Positions 1 to 10,086 are shown, numbered from the stretch's first letter. The stretch is 64,000 nt of DNA from Pseudomonadota bacterium (GCA_039819385.1 JBCBSC010000012.1:14371-78370), one strand, 5' to 3'. Numbers and translations: made by a program. The notes: a model not told the origin generated them from the letters alone.

Positions 1-1
1 A

Positions 2-1807
2 AACAACGTCGACTGGGCCCTGTCGCGAGAACGGTTCTGGGGTACTCCGCTGCCCGTGTGGACGGACGGCCAGGGCGAGTACTTGTGTATTGGTTCGGTC
101 GCGGAGCTCGAAGCTCTGACCGGCCGTCTGCTCGGGGATCTCGATCTGCATCGGCCGGCCGTCGACGAAATTAGTTTCGAGAAGGACGGCAAGACCTGGC
201 AGCGCGTTCCCGAAGTGATCGACTGCTGGTTCGATTCAGGGGCGATGTCTTACGCACAGTGGCATTACCCGTTCGAGAACGCCGAAACCTTCGAGCAGCA
301 CTTTCCGGCCGATTTCATCTGCGAGGCAATCGACCAGACCCGCGGCTGGTTTTACACGCTGCACGCAATTTCGACGCTGGTCTCCGACAGCGTGGCCTAC
401 AAAAACGTCATTTGCCTCAACCTTATCGTAGACAAAGACGGCAAGAAGATGTCGAAGTCGCTCGGCAACATCGTCAACCCGTACGACGTATTCGATACGG
501 TCGGCGCCGATGCCCTGCGCTGGTACTTTCTGGCGCGCCTGTCGCCGGACGTTACCAAGCGTATATCCGTCGAGATCGTTGCCGACGTAGCCAGCTCGTT
601 CATCAACACCTTCTGGAATACTTACGGCTTTTTTGTGCTCTATGCGCGCATCGACGACGTCGACGTGAGCCGCCAGGTGCCTCCGGCGGAGCGGCCCGAA
701 ATCGACCGCTGGGCGCTGGCTCTCGCATACAGTACCGTCACAACCGTCACGCAGGCGATGGACCGTTTCGACGCCAAGGCGGCGGGCGATGCAATCGAGT
801 CGTTTGTCGACCAGCTCAGCAACTGGTACGTCCGCCGCAACCGTCGCCGTTTCTGGAAGTCGACCGATCTCGAGGACAAGCAGGCGGCCTACCTGACTCT
901 GTACGAGTGCCTGGTCGCGGCGCACAAGCTCATGGCGCCGTTTGTGCCGTTTCTTGCTGAGACGGTTTACCAGAACCTCGTTCGCGGCGTCGATCCCGAT
1001 GCGCCGTTGAGCGTACACATGGCGGCGTGGCCGGAAGCCCCTGCCGAGTGGCAAAACGACGAACTGCTGCACGATATCGGCGTCGTGCAAAAGGTTGTCG
1101 GGTTGGCGCGTGCCGCTCGCAGCCAGTCGGGCGTCCGCACACGCCAGCCGTTGTCGAGACTGCTGCTGCGCGCGCCAGACGATGCCAGCCTCAAGGCGCT
1201 GGAGGGGCACCAGGATCAGATTCGCGAGGAACTAAACGTCAAGACGATCGAATTCATCGCGCGCGACGCGGGTCTCGTTAACTACCGAATCAAGCCCAAC
1301 CTGCCGGTGCTCGGCAAGCGCTACGGCAAGCTCGTGCCCGCTATCCGTGCTGCGCTGGCGGCCGCGGACGGAGGCGCCATTGCCGGCGCCGCCGCGCGCG
1401 GCGAGTCCTTCGAGCTCGATGTCGAGGGCCAGTCGCTCACGCTCGATGCCGGCGACGTGCTGGTGGAAACGGGCTCGGCGGAAGGTTACGCCTGTGGCGA
1501 GGACGGCGGCTATCTCACGGCCCTCGACACGAGTCTCGACGACGATCTGATCAAGGAGGGGCTCGCCAGGGAGATCGTGCGCTCCGTGCAGGATGCCCGC
1601 AAACAGGCGGGGCTCGAGGTATCCGATCGAATCGTGCTGTGCGTCAGCGGAACGCCCGCCGTGGAGGACGCCCTTGGCGCTCACCGGGACTACGTCATGA
1701 CGGAGACCCTTGCATCCGCGTGGGATTGCGCTCAGTCGTCGCCGCTCTTTGAGTCGGCCAAGACGATGGCTGACGAGCGTTGGAGTATAAGCTTCACAAA
1801 AGTTTAA
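2..1807 (+). CDS. ileS: Isoleucyl-tRNA synthetase, C-terminal ~600 aa (5' end lies left of the window)
   Basis: Frame is open from base 2 (NNVDWALSRERFWGTPLPVW...). Class I aaRS KMSKS loop present as KMSKSLGN. Long anticodon-binding C-terminal region typical of IleRS. Confidence 0.93.
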   Translation, partial: NNVDWALSRERFWGTPLPVWTDGQGEYLCIGSVAELEALTGRLLGDLDLHRPAVDEISFEKDGKTWQRVPEVIDCWFDSGAMSYAQWHYPFENAETFEQHFPADFICEAIDQTRGWFYTLHAISTLVSDSVAYKNVICLNLIVDKDGKKMSKSLGNIVNPYDVFDTVGADALRWYFLARLSPDVTKRISVEIVADVASSFINTFWNTYGFFVLYARIDDVDVSRQVPPAERPEIDRWALALAYSTVTTVTQAMDRFDAKAAGDAIESFVDQLSNWYVRRNRRRFWKSTDLEDKQAAYLTLYECLVAAHKLMAPFVPFLAETVYQNLVRGVDPDAPLSVHMAAWPEAPAEWQNDELLHDIGVVQKVVGLARAARSQSGVRTRQPLSRLLLRAPDDASLKALEGHQDQIREELNVKTIEFIARDAGLVNYRIKPNLPVLGKRYGKLVPAIRAALAAADGGAIAGAAARGESFELDVEGQSLTLDAGDVLVETGSAEGYACGEDGGYLTALDTSLDDDLIKEGLAREIVRSVQDARKQAGLEVSDRIVLCVSGTPAVEDALGAHRDYVMTETLASAWDCAQSSPLFESAKTMADERWSISFTKV

Positions 1808-2016
1808 CCCCATTTTGGTTGCTACAACTTGCGGTGGTATTCGAAACTCTGCTATAAAAAATACGCGCAGGTATCTGATAGATCAGGGAGGATCTGCTAT
1901 CTCGGGCTGCCGTTCCGGCGGCCCGGCAACTGCAAGACGCAAACCGGAAAAAAGCGTAAGAAGCTGCCCGAGAGGTGCAAAGAGGCGGCAATAAAAACAT
2001 AAACGCTGGAGTGGAC

Positions 2017-2424
2017 ATGCAACACCCTGTCGACTGCTTTTATGCCGCTGTCGCGGCTTTGGCTGGTGATGGCCATATAAAACAAAGGCTTATATCTGCT
2101 TATCAGGACAATCTGGAAGAGCTGGACGCGGATGACCTGCCGCGTTCGGTGCAGGACCGCTTTGTGGCCCTGAAGACCCAAATGCACAAAGTCACGCCTG
2201 CAAACGGCGAAGGCCCAATCTGCGCGAGCGTCCGCAAAATGTCGATCGACGAGGCGAGTTCCTGTGCTGAGTCCGTAGTCGGACTGTACGCCGAGCTCGA
2301 GCGGTTTCGCGCGGCCGTGCAGCAGATGCTGCCTTTGTCTGCGGACAACGAGGTTGCCGGCATTGTGGACGGCGACAGGGTAACGCCGCCGTTCCTCATC
2401 AATACGGCGAGGCAGGCAGGCTAG
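2017..2424 (+). CDS. Hypothetical protein (~135 aa), no recognised domain
   Basis: ORF 1975..2424. ATG at 2017 is preceded by GGAG at good spacing. Sits after an AT-rich spacer. I recognise no motif. Confidence 0.5.
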   Translation: MQHPVDCFYAAVAALAGDGHIKQRLISAYQDNLEELDADDLPRSVQDRFVALKTQMHKVTPANGEGPICASVRKMSIDEASSCAESVVGLYAELERFRAAVQQMLPLSADNEVAGIVDGDRVTPPFLINTARQAG

Positions 2425-3443
2425 TTCAGCGTAAGACTGACCGGATAGTAGATTTCGGTGATCAATTCGGCTTCCGGCGTTTTGCCGGGGTCACTCAGGT
2501 ACACCTCCCAGGGCATGCCATTTCGCTTGAGCCCGTAAGCCGCGAGATACGCGCGCAGCTGATGGTGGGTTTCGCTGAGCCCCTCGTAGGCGCCCACATG
2601 GCGCGCGACGACTGTCCGGCCGGCGTAGGTCTTGCCGAGCTCGACGCCCGCGCCCGCGGCCACTGTCGTCGCAGGCGTAACGCCGCGCACGGGAATGGCG
2701 GCGTCGAAAAGACGTTTTGAACCGTCATAGCCGCGCAGCACCGCGAGCGGCGCTCCGGACTCGCGCAGGCCCATGCCGCCCAGACTCGCAAGAATTCTGA
2801 GATAAGCCTGACCCAGTGCGGCCGAAACCGCGTCCGCGCCGGGTTCCGCGCTGGTACTCGAGTAGACGATTTCCCGGGCTTCGACCGTGCGCTCGTCCAC
2901 GTCGAGGCCCGCAAAATCCGTTCTGGGGAGGCTTTCGACCAGGGATTTCAGGCGTTCGAGGCTTTGCCCGTAATCGCGCTCGAGCACACCGCGCCAGAGC
3001 AGGCCAAAGTAGCGGCCAACCAGGTTATAGCCGTAGTCGTGCTCGAAGCCGCGCACTATCCGCGTACCGTTCGGGTTCGCCTCCAGTTCTATCCAGCTAA
3101 CGGCTTCGCCGGGCTCGCCGGGATTCAGCAGGTAAGAGACATACTGATAGGGGATGCTCTCAACGATTTGCAGCGAGCCGCTGCCAACCACGGTGCCGTT
3201 CCAGCTTACGCTTGCGCCCTCGCCGCGTGCGGGTTCCGCGAATGCGACTCGCGCGGTCGAATCGTCTTCGTCGAAAGGTGCCCACAAAGCCATGCGCTCG
3301 AGGCTTTCGGCTTGCGCAAAGACTACGGAAGGCGGCGCGTCGGCCGTCGTGTCCAACTCGACGCGGACAAACCGCGGCAACAGCAGTCCAAGCAGCAGGA
3401 TTGCGGCGAACAGACCGAAGATTGCGTAAACGGCGCGTTGCAA
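2421..3443 (-). CDS. Membrane-anchored SRPBCC-like plus GyrI-like (small-molecule binding) two-domain protein
   Basis: ORF 2421..3620. I prefer the TTG start at 3443, preceded by GAGGAAA, which gives an N-terminal TM helix (AVYAIFGLFAAILLLGLLL). The C-terminal half has the GyrI/AraC-effector-binding look (GAYEGLSETHHQLRAYL..., WEVYLSDP). ATG 3548 is the alternative start. Confidence 0.7.
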   Translation of the reverse strand: MQRAVYAIFGLFAAILLLGLLLPRFVRVELDTTADAPPSVVFAQAESLERMALWAPFDEDDSTARVAFAEPARGEGASVSWNGTVVGSGSLQIVESIPYQYVSYLLNPGEPGEAVSWIELEANPNGTRIVRGFEHDYGYNLVGRYFGLLWRGVLERDYGQSLERLKSLVESLPRTDFAGLDVDERTVEAREIVYSSTSAEPGADAVSAALGQAYLRILASLGGMGLRESGAPLAVLRGYDGSKRLFDAAIPVRGVTPATTVAAGAGVELGKTYAGRTVVARHVGAYEGLSETHHQLRAYLAAYGLKRNGMPWEVYLSDPGKTPEAELITEIYYPVSLTLN

Positions 3444-3546
3444 GCGGGTTTCCTCAGTTCCTGGTGGCGCCGAGCTGCGCGGACTTGTCTGCGCAAACGG
3501 GGCTTTAGGGTGCGCAACAGTGCAAGCTTCGGCACAATGCGTGCCC

Positions 3547-4365
3547 ATGAGCGTAGCACGGCGGAAGGCAGTTGGTATCTTCGACTCGGGCGTCGGCGGT
3601 CTCACCGTTCTGAAGGCCATTCGCGAGCGCCTGCCGGCCGAACGGCTGATCTATCTCGGCGACACGGCGCGCCTGCCGTACGGTACCAAGAGCGCAGCCT
3701 CGATTGCCCGTTATGCGGAGCAGGCAACACGCCTGCTGATCGCAGAAGATATCAAGCTGCTGGTCATCGCCTGCAACACCGCGTCGGCCGTTGCTCTGCC
3801 CTCCCTGAGACGACAAATGGCGCCGCTTCCCGTGATCGGGGTTGTCGAACCCGGCGCCGCCGCAGCAACCGCGGCGCGTCCGGGCGGATCGCATCTCGTG
3901 CTGGCAACCGAAGCCACGGTGCGCCTGGGAGCCTACCGCAACGCCATTCTTGCGCTGGATGCCGAAGCCCGGGTGTACGAACTCGCCTGCGAGCTGCTGG
4001 TGTCGCTTGCGGAAGAGGGCTGGACCGAGGGGGCTATCGCCGAGTCGATCGTCCGGCGCTATCTCGACAATGTGGCAAGCGACGGCTACGAAGCGGATTC
4101 GGTCATACTCGGCTGCACGCATTTTCCGCTGCTCCGGCCGAGCATCCGCAGCTGTCTTGCGGAGTCGGTCGATCTGGTCGATTCCGCGACCACAACGGCC
4201 GCCGTCGTGGCCGCGGCGCTTGCCGACAACAAGCTGCTCGACGACCAGGGCAGCGGCGAGCTGCGCCTGCTGGCAAGCGACGGCCCGCGGCGCTTTGCGC
4301 GTGTCGGCGGTCAGTTTCTGGATGCGGCGTTGACGGCGGACGACATAGAGCTCGTGGATCTCTGA
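3547..4365 (+). CDS. murI: Glutamate racemase
   Basis: VGIFDSGVGGLTVLKAI, LIYLGDTARLPYGTKS, ACNTAS and GCTHFPLL motifs. Confidence 0.93.
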   Translation: MSVARRKAVGIFDSGVGGLTVLKAIRERLPAERLIYLGDTARLPYGTKSAASIARYAEQATRLLIAEDIKLLVIACNTASAVALPSLRRQMAPLPVIGVVEPGAAAATAARPGGSHLVLATEATVRLGAYRNAILALDAEARVYELACELLVSLAEEGWTEGAIAESIVRRYLDNVASDGYEADSVILGCTHFPLLRPSIRSCLAESVDLVDSATTTAAVVAAALADNKLLDDQGSGELRLLASDGPRRFARVGGQFLDAALTADDIELVDL

Positions 4366-4371
4366 CCGGCT

Positions 4372-4423
4372 TACGGTTTGCCGTGCCGTTTACTGTACGG
4401 TTTGCTGTACCGTTTGCTGTACG
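4372..4423. repeat. Tandem 12-nt repeat, four copies plus a partial one (consensus TACSGTTTGCTG)
   Basis: Read directly: tacggtttgccg / tgccgtttactg / tacggtttgctg / taccgtttgctg / tacg... Lies immediately 3' of murI. Confidence 0.8.
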
Positions 4424-4516
4424 ATAACGCGCGTAAAAACACTCTCTAACGCGCCTGTAAGGGCGATTGTTTACGACCGGGTACACTGCCCGACAAACCA
4501 ACAGAAGGGGATCGTT

Positions 4517-6172
4517 GTGCCCGACTCTCGTCCAGTACTGCTGTCAGCTATCTTAATCGCGAGCGGCGTTGTCGCGGGCTGCGGAGACTCAGCGCCCGAA
4601 GTCCGCAGTGAAACCGGCAACGTAGTGGAAGCACGGCCGGAGGTGTACTCGGAGTACACGTTAACGGCCGACATCTCGGGCTTGAGCGACAGGCAGAAAA
4701 CGATGCTGGGCCTGCTGATCGAGGCCTCCGAAATCATGGACGACCTGTTCTGGCGCCAGGCCTGGGCGGACGACTACCGGAGTCGGCTCGATGCGATCGA
4801 AGATCCGGCCGCCCGGCGTTTTGCCGAGATCAACTACGGTCCCTGGGATCGACTGGACGGCAACCGGCCCTTCATAAGCGGTGCGGGACCCAAGCCGCCA
4901 GGCGCCAATTTCTATCCCCGCGACATGGACAGCGAGGAATTCGACGCGGCTTATCTGCCGGGCAAGAAGGGCCTGTATTCGCTGCTGCGGCGCACTGAAT
5001 CGGGTGAGCTGACGCTCGTGCCGTATTCGGTTGCCTACGCCGACGAGCTGGCCGAAGCGGCCGACTTGCTGCGTGAGGCGGCAGGTTACGCCGAGGACCC
5101 GGGTTTTGCGACCTACCTCAAGCTGCGCGCGGCGGCGCTGATCAGCGATGACTATCAGGCCAGCGACATGTACTGGATGGATGTCAAAAGCAATACCGTG
5201 GAACTGGTTTTCGGGCCCATCGAAACCTACGAGGATCAGCTCTACGGTTACCGCGCCGCCTTCGAGTCTTTCGTACTCATCAAGGATCTGGAGTGGAGCG
5301 AGCGGCTCAGCCGCTTCACCGAATTCCTGCCCGAACTGCAGGAGGGCCTGCCCGTGGACGACGCGATGAAGGCCGAGTCACCCGGGACCAACTCGGATCT
5401 CAATGCCTACGATGCCGTGTACTACTCCGGCGACAGCAACGCGGGCTCGAAGACCATCGCAATCAATTTACCTAACGACGAGGAAGTCCAGCTCGAAAAG
5501 GGCACGCGGAGGCTGCAGCTCAAGAACGCGATGCAGGCCAAGTTCGAAAAAATTCTCGTGCCGATCGCCGGGGAACTCGTCGCCGAGGAACAGCGTGAGC
5601 ATATTAGTTTCGACGCGTTTTTCGCCAACACGATGTTTCACGAAGTTGCCCACGGCCTGGGTGTAAAGAATACGATCAACGGCCGTGGAACGGTTCGCGA
5701 GTCACTGCTCGATCTCGCTTCGAGCATTGAGGAGGGCAAGGCCGACGTGCTGGGTCTCTACATGATTACCGAGCTGCACCGCCGCGGCGAACTCGGCGAC
5801 GTCGACCTCATGGACTACTACGTAACCTTCATGGCCGGGATTTTCCGTTCGGTCCGCTTCGGCGCGAGCAGCGCACACGGCAAGGCGAACATGGTGCGTT
5901 TCAATTTCTTCATGGAAAACGGCGCCTTTATCCGCGAAGCGCAAAGCGGCCATTATCGTGTCGACGCCGAAAGGATGCAGTCAGCGATGACGGATCTCTC
6001 GCGTCTCCTGCTGACTCTGCAGGCAAACGGCGATTACGCCGGTGCGGAGCTGCTTACGAACAGTCAGGGCGTCATTGGCGCCACACTCGAGGCGGATCTC
6101 GAGCGTCTTACGAATGCCGGCATACCCGTCGATATCGTGTTTCGGCAGGGTCGCGACGTACTCGGATTGTAA
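4517..6172 (+). CDS. Lipoprotein zinc metallopeptidase, DPP III (M49)-like with a pentapeptide HExxH
   Basis: GTG start. Lipobox LIASGVVAGC. HEVAHGLG followed about 45 aa later by EEGKADVLG, resembling the M49 HExxGH / EExxAE pair. Confidence 0.65.
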   Translation: MPDSRPVLLSAILIASGVVAGCGDSAPEVRSETGNVVEARPEVYSEYTLTADISGLSDRQKTMLGLLIEASEIMDDLFWRQAWADDYRSRLDAIEDPAARRFAEINYGPWDRLDGNRPFISGAGPKPPGANFYPRDMDSEEFDAAYLPGKKGLYSLLRRTESGELTLVPYSVAYADELAEAADLLREAAGYAEDPGFATYLKLRAAALISDDYQASDMYWMDVKSNTVELVFGPIETYEDQLYGYRAAFESFVLIKDLEWSERLSRFTEFLPELQEGLPVDDAMKAESPGTNSDLNAYDAVYYSGDSNAGSKTIAINLPNDEEVQLEKGTRRLQLKNAMQAKFEKILVPIAGELVAEEQREHISFDAFFANTMFHEVAHGLGVKNTINGRGTVRESLLDLASSIEEGKADVLGLYMITELHRRGELGDVDLMDYYVTFMAGIFRSVRFGASSAHGKANMVRFNFFMENGAFIREAQSGHYRVDAERMQSAMTDLSRLLLTLQANGDYAGAELLTNSQGVIGATLEADLERLTNAGIPVDIVFRQGRDVLGL

Positions 6173-6195
6173 GCGGGAAGTCCGGCGGCGGCCGC

Positions 6196-6801
6196 TCAGC
6201 GGCCGTTGTCGATAATCCGCATGAACTCGGAGCGGGTTTTTTCGTCCTTGCGGAACGTGCCCAGCATCGTGCTCGTTACCATCGATACGTTGGTTTTGTG
6301 GATGCCGCGGGTGGTCATGCATTGGTGCGATGCTTCGATGACGACACCCACGCCCTTGGGCTGCAGTACGTCCGAGATGCAATTGGCGATCTGCGCGGTC
6401 ATCTTTTCCTGCACCTGAAGACGGCGCGCATAGGCCTCGACCACGCGGGCCAGCTTGCTGATACCGACCACCTTACTATTCGGCAGATAGCCGACGTGCG
6501 CATGACCAATGATCGGGGCCATGTGGTGTTCGCAGTGCGACTCGAATTCGATATCGCGCAGTACGATCATCTCGTCGTAGCCCTCGACTTCCTCGAAAGT
6601 ACGCTGCATGAACTTGAGGGGGTCGACCTTATAGCCGCTGTACCAGTCTTCGAAAGCACGGGCGACGCGCGCCGGCGTATCGATCAGACCTTCCCGACGG
6701 GGGTCGTCTCCGGCCCATAGCAGCAGGGTCTGGATTGCGTCTTCGGCCTGCTTGCGGCTGGGTTTTCTCGGCTTGCGGTTGGACTTTTTACTGGCGGCCA
6801 T
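6196..6801 (-). CDS. folE: GTP cyclohydrolase I
   Basis: [20 protein letters not shown] and QVQEKMT motifs. Start taken at the internal ATG ([13 protein letters not shown]). Confidence 0.92.
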   Translation of the reverse strand: MAASKKSNRKPRKPSRKQAEDAIQTLLLWAGDDPRREGLIDTPARVARAFEDWYSGYKVDPLKFMQRTFEEVEGYDEMIVLRDIEFESHCEHHMAPIIGHAHVGYLPNSKVVGISKLARVVEAYARRLQVQEKMTAQIANCISDVLQPKGVGVVIEASHQCMTTRGIHKTNVSMVTSTMLGTFRKDEKTRSEFMRIIDNGR

Positions 6802-6933
6802 GGGGTTTCCTGTTACTTCTGCGCGGCATGTTACCGCCTGCGGGGCTGCTTGCGATACCCGCGTTACAAAGCGAAACACAAGGCTTGGAGCCGGCGCTTC
6901 CGCTACTGGCGATTCATAGGGCAGGCTGGCCTG

Positions 6934-7599
6934 TCAGACGGCGCTCTGTGCCGCGTCGGCAAGTCCGGTCGGGCAGCTCACACCCGTCCCGCCGAGGCCG
7001 CAATAGCCGCCCGGGTTTTTCGCAAGATACTGCTGATGGTAGTCCTCGGCGTAGTAGAACGGCCCGAGCGGCAGGATTTCGGTCGTGATCGAGCCGTGGC
7101 CGGCGGCGCTGAGTTCCGCCTGATAGCGCGTTTTCGATGCCCCGGCCCGAGCGCGTTCGGCTGAGCTGTCGCTGTAAACGCCGGACCGGTACTGTGTCCC
7201 GGTATCGTTGCCTTGCCGCATGCCCTGGGTTGGATTGTGATTTTCCCAGAATACGGTCAGAAGCTCGTCGTAGCTGATCTGCTGAGGGTCGTACACCACG
7301 AGAACCACCTCGGTATGTCCGGTGTCTCCGCTGCAGACCTCCTGATAGGTAGGATTCGGCGTAACGCCGGCCGCGTAGCCCACCGCTGTCGACCAGACTC
7401 CCGGTGTTTCCCAGAAACGCCGTTCGGCGCCCCAAAAACAGCCCATCGCAAATACGGCGGTCGCAAGGCCGTCCGGAAACGGCGGTTTGATCCGGTTGCC
7501 GTTTACGTAGTGGCTCTCCGGTACGACGACAGCCTCGTCACGGCCGGGCAGCGCCGTTTCCGCCGTAGGCAGAACAAGCTTCTTTTCGCGTCCGAACAT
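6934..7599 (-). CDS. msrA: Peptide-methionine (S)-S-oxide reductase
   Basis: [16 protein letters not shown] active-site motif and YHQQYL near the C-terminus. Confidence 0.93.
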   Translation of the reverse strand: MFGREKKLVLPTAETALPGRDEAVVVPESHYVNGNRIKPPFPDGLATAVFAMGCFWGAERRFWETPGVWSTAVGYAAGVTPNPTYQEVCSGDTGHTEVVLVVYDPQQISYDELLTVFWENHNPTQGMRQGNDTGTQYRSGVYSDSSAERARAGASKTRYQAELSAAGHGSITTEILPLGPFYYAEDYHQQYLAKNPGGYCGLGGTGVSCPTGLADAAQSAV

Positions 7600-7664
7600 G
7601 GTTTTCCTCTGGCAAGCTCACGACATCCGGTGAATGTCGACCCAAACTTTACAATAGGGGCTGC

Positions 7665-8498
7665 TCAGCGATTTGCAAGATAACGGGCCCCGCGCCGTGG
7701 CCGGTCGACAACGCCGCCCGAGGACTGAAACCGGACCGGTATCGACTGAGTGTTACCCCAGACGGAGGCGCGATACACGGCGAAGTGCAGATGCGGCATC
7801 GTCGTGTGCCCCGTATTGCCGGAGAGACCAATTTTCTGGCCCTGCGCGACGCTGTCGCCTACCTCGACGAGTGCACCGTTCTGCTGCAAATGGTAGTACT
7901 CGCCGGTCGTGCCATCGTTATGCAGGATAACGATGAAGTTTGCGTAGCGGCCGCAGCCGTCATGCCAGCAGCCCCGGTCGTGAGCCTCGACGACCCGCGC
8001 CACGACGCCGCCGCGCGCGGCGTGCACGGGCGACCCCTCGGGCATGTCGAAATCGACCGCAAATTCTTCGAGGCCCTTGTGGCTGAAGCGGGAATCGTAA
8101 CCCTGCAGGACCCGATACGCCCGGCCCGGCGTGTACGGCAGCGCGTAGAGATGATCGTCGTCGTGCTCTGCGTGCTGACTGCCGACGGTCCATTCGAAGC
8201 GCAGCCGATAACGTCCTTTGTTGCCGCCGGCCTGGCTCAGCAGCATCGCTTCCTCGGATTCGAGCGGCCCCAGCGTGCGCGTAATCGTGCTTGGACCGTC
8301 GATCGCGTAGTTGTTCGCCTTCACGCTTAGCGTATAGGTCACGGGAAAATTCTTGAGGTTTTGTGCAGTGAGCGAGACCTGGTCACCCGCTTCGACGGCA
8401 TCGATACAGACGGATTGGTCCTTGCAGTCAGCAGCGAGGCTCGAGCTCACGCAGGCGGCTAGAGCCGTGGCCAGGCAAAACGCAGCAGCTCTAGTCAT
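7665..8498 (-). CDS. Secreted M23 (LytM-type) metallopeptidase
   Basis: Signal peptide. HDGCGRYANFIVILHNDG and GNTGHTTMPHLHFAV zinc-ligand motifs. Confidence 0.85.
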   Translation of the reverse strand: MTRAAAFCLATALAACVSSSLAADCKDQSVCIDAVEAGDQVSLTAQNLKNFPVTYTLSVKANNYAIDGPSTITRTLGPLESEEAMLLSQAGGNKGRYRLRFEWTVGSQHAEHDDDHLYALPYTPGRAYRVLQGYDSRFSHKGLEEFAVDFDMPEGSPVHAARGGVVARVVEAHDRGCWHDGCGRYANFIVILHNDGTTGEYYHLQQNGALVEVGDSVAQGQKIGLSGNTGHTTMPHLHFAVYRASVWGNTQSIPVRFQSSGGVVDRPRRGARYLANR

Positions 8499-10086
8499 CC
8501 GCTGCCGCGGCGCTCCGCAGCGCTTCGAGTTCGTCCTGGCGGTAATAAAAGCTGTGCGTTACAACCTGATTGCCCGTATCGACCGGCTGCCCGTCCGCGA
8601 ACCGGGGCCGGTAGAAACGCGTTCTCACTTCGCGCTGGGCTTCGCGCAGCATATCCCTGAACTCGGGCGGTTCGAATTCGATGAGTTCGAGGCCCGTGAC
8701 CTTGCCGCGCGTCGTTACCGTGTAGCGCAGGGCAAGCTTGCCTTCACGCAGGTCGACGTCGGAGGCTATCCGGTCTTGCTGCCTTGCTTCGCCGGCGTAC
8801 TTCGGAATGTCGCCGCGACGCAGCAGGTTGGGGTTTTCGAGTACCCGGGCGCGGTGCTCGAGGCGCTCGTCGCCGGCCGAGAGCAGCTCCCACACCTCCC
8901 GATATCCCTTGCGGGCGCTGGGGGAACTTTGTTTCTTCATCTGGTAGTCGGCAAGCGCCAGCTTCGTGTCGGCCAGCTGCATCCAGTCGATGTCCTCGCT
9001 GTTCTCGGCGATGCGCACGGCACGCTTGAAGTAGATTTCCGCGTTGAACGCATCGCCTGCCTGCGGCAACGACGTCGCGTGCGTGTCGACGAAGTCGTAC
9101 GAACGGCCAAGCTGCATCAAAGGTTCGATCAGGCTCGTGTCGTTCTTACCCTTGCGGTCTTCGAGTATCCGGATAACGCGGCGATACGTCGTGCGTTCGT
9201 CGTTGAAATAGCCGGTCCGATGCTGCCACTGTGCGCGCCGCACCAGCGACGGTACCAGCGCGAGCATGTTCGAACGGTGGTACCGTTCGTTTAGCGAGTA
9301 GATCTTCTCGTGAGCATCGCGTGCCTCGTCCGTAAAGCCGAGGCGAAGATTCGTTTCGGCCACCGATTCTAGCAGCTCGACCTGATCCATATTGTGCGGG
9401 CCTTCGTTCACGTGCGTAATGTGCACGGCGCGCGAGTAGGTTCTGAGCGCAAGGTCGGGACGTTGATTGGAGAGCTGCGCTGCGGCAAGCCCTTTGAGGG
9501 GATTGACGAGCTGCGTGTTCAGCCGGTCGTAGTTGTCTTCGAGTATTTCCACGGCGCCCTCGAAGTTCTGCACGGCGGCATCGAACTGCTCGTTGCGATG
9601 CTGCACTATCCCCAGGTTCGTCAACGCTTTTGCGGTTTCCGTGGACCGGGGGCCTTTGCTGCGAATGGCGAGTTCCACCACGCGCTTGGCGACCGTGTCG
9701 GCAGCGTCGACGCTGCCGTTACTCATTAAATCCTTGAAGCGGTCGAACTCTTCCAACAGCCTGTCTTCGTCAGAAATTTCCTCGCCGCCGCTGTCGCCGG
9801 CCACCGCCGACTCAGCTTCCAGGGGCCCGGCGTTCGGTACCTCGTCGCCGACTGGCAATGCCTCATCGTTCGCAGCGTCGTTCGCAATGTCGCTCGCAAT
9901 ATCGTTCGCAGGAGCGCCCGCGACGCCGGTATCGGCAGCCGTGGAATCGTCTTCGGCGGGTGCGACGGGTACCTGCTGATCATCCGTCGGAGGCTCGGCG
10001 TCGAGCTCGGTCAAGTCGAGCGCAGCGACATGCGCCGGCAGGGGTAGCAGTAGTACTAGAAACAGGGTACGTCTCGGTTGCTTCAT
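8491..10086 (-). CDS. Secreted TPR-repeat protein with a TonB-C-like C-terminal domain
   Basis: Signal peptide (MKQPRRTLFLVLLLPLPAHVAA), acidic linker, TPR-like helical repeats. The C-terminus (ALRYTVTTRGKVTGLELIE...RPRFADGQPV) resembles TonB_C. Its stop overlaps the M23 gene start by 8 nt. Confidence 0.72.
   Translation of the reverse strand: MKQPRRTLFLVLLLPLPAHVAALDLTELDAEPPTDDQQVPVAPAEDDSTAADTGVAGAPANDIASDIANDAANDEALPVGDEVPNAGPLEAESAVAGDSGGEEISDEDRLLEEFDRFKDLMSNGSVDAADTVAKRVVELAIRSKGPRSTETAKALTNLGIVQHRNEQFDAAVQNFEGAVEILEDNYDRLNTQLVNPLKGLAAAQLSNQRPDLALRTYSRAVHITHVNEGPHNMDQVELLESVAETNLRLGFTDEARDAHEKIYSLNERYHRSNMLALVPSLVRRAQWQHRTGYFNDERTTYRRVIRILEDRKGKNDTSLIEPLMQLGRSYDFVDTHATSLPQAGDAFNAEIYFKRAVRIAENSEDIDWMQLADTKLALADYQMKKQSSPSARKGYREVWELLSAGDERLEHRARVLENPNLLRRGDIPKYAGEARQQDRIASDVDLREGKLALRYTVTTRGKVTGLELIEFEPPEFRDMLREAQREVRTRFYRPRFADGQPVDTGNQVVTHSFYYRQDELEALRSAAAADD

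Noticed and set aside
236-1210. 324-aa ORF antisense to ileS, plus several other ORFs nested in 259-1813
   Set aside because: It lies entirely inside a strongly supported ileS frame. Its Arg/Ala/Pro/Gly-rich composition is typical of off-frame translation of high-GC DNA.
2964-4427. 487-aa plus-strand ORF spanning the SRPBCC/GyrI-like gene and murI
   Set aside because: It is out of frame with murI and antisense to the neighbouring gene. It is extremely Arg-rich with no motifs, and murI motifs are unambiguous in the other frame.
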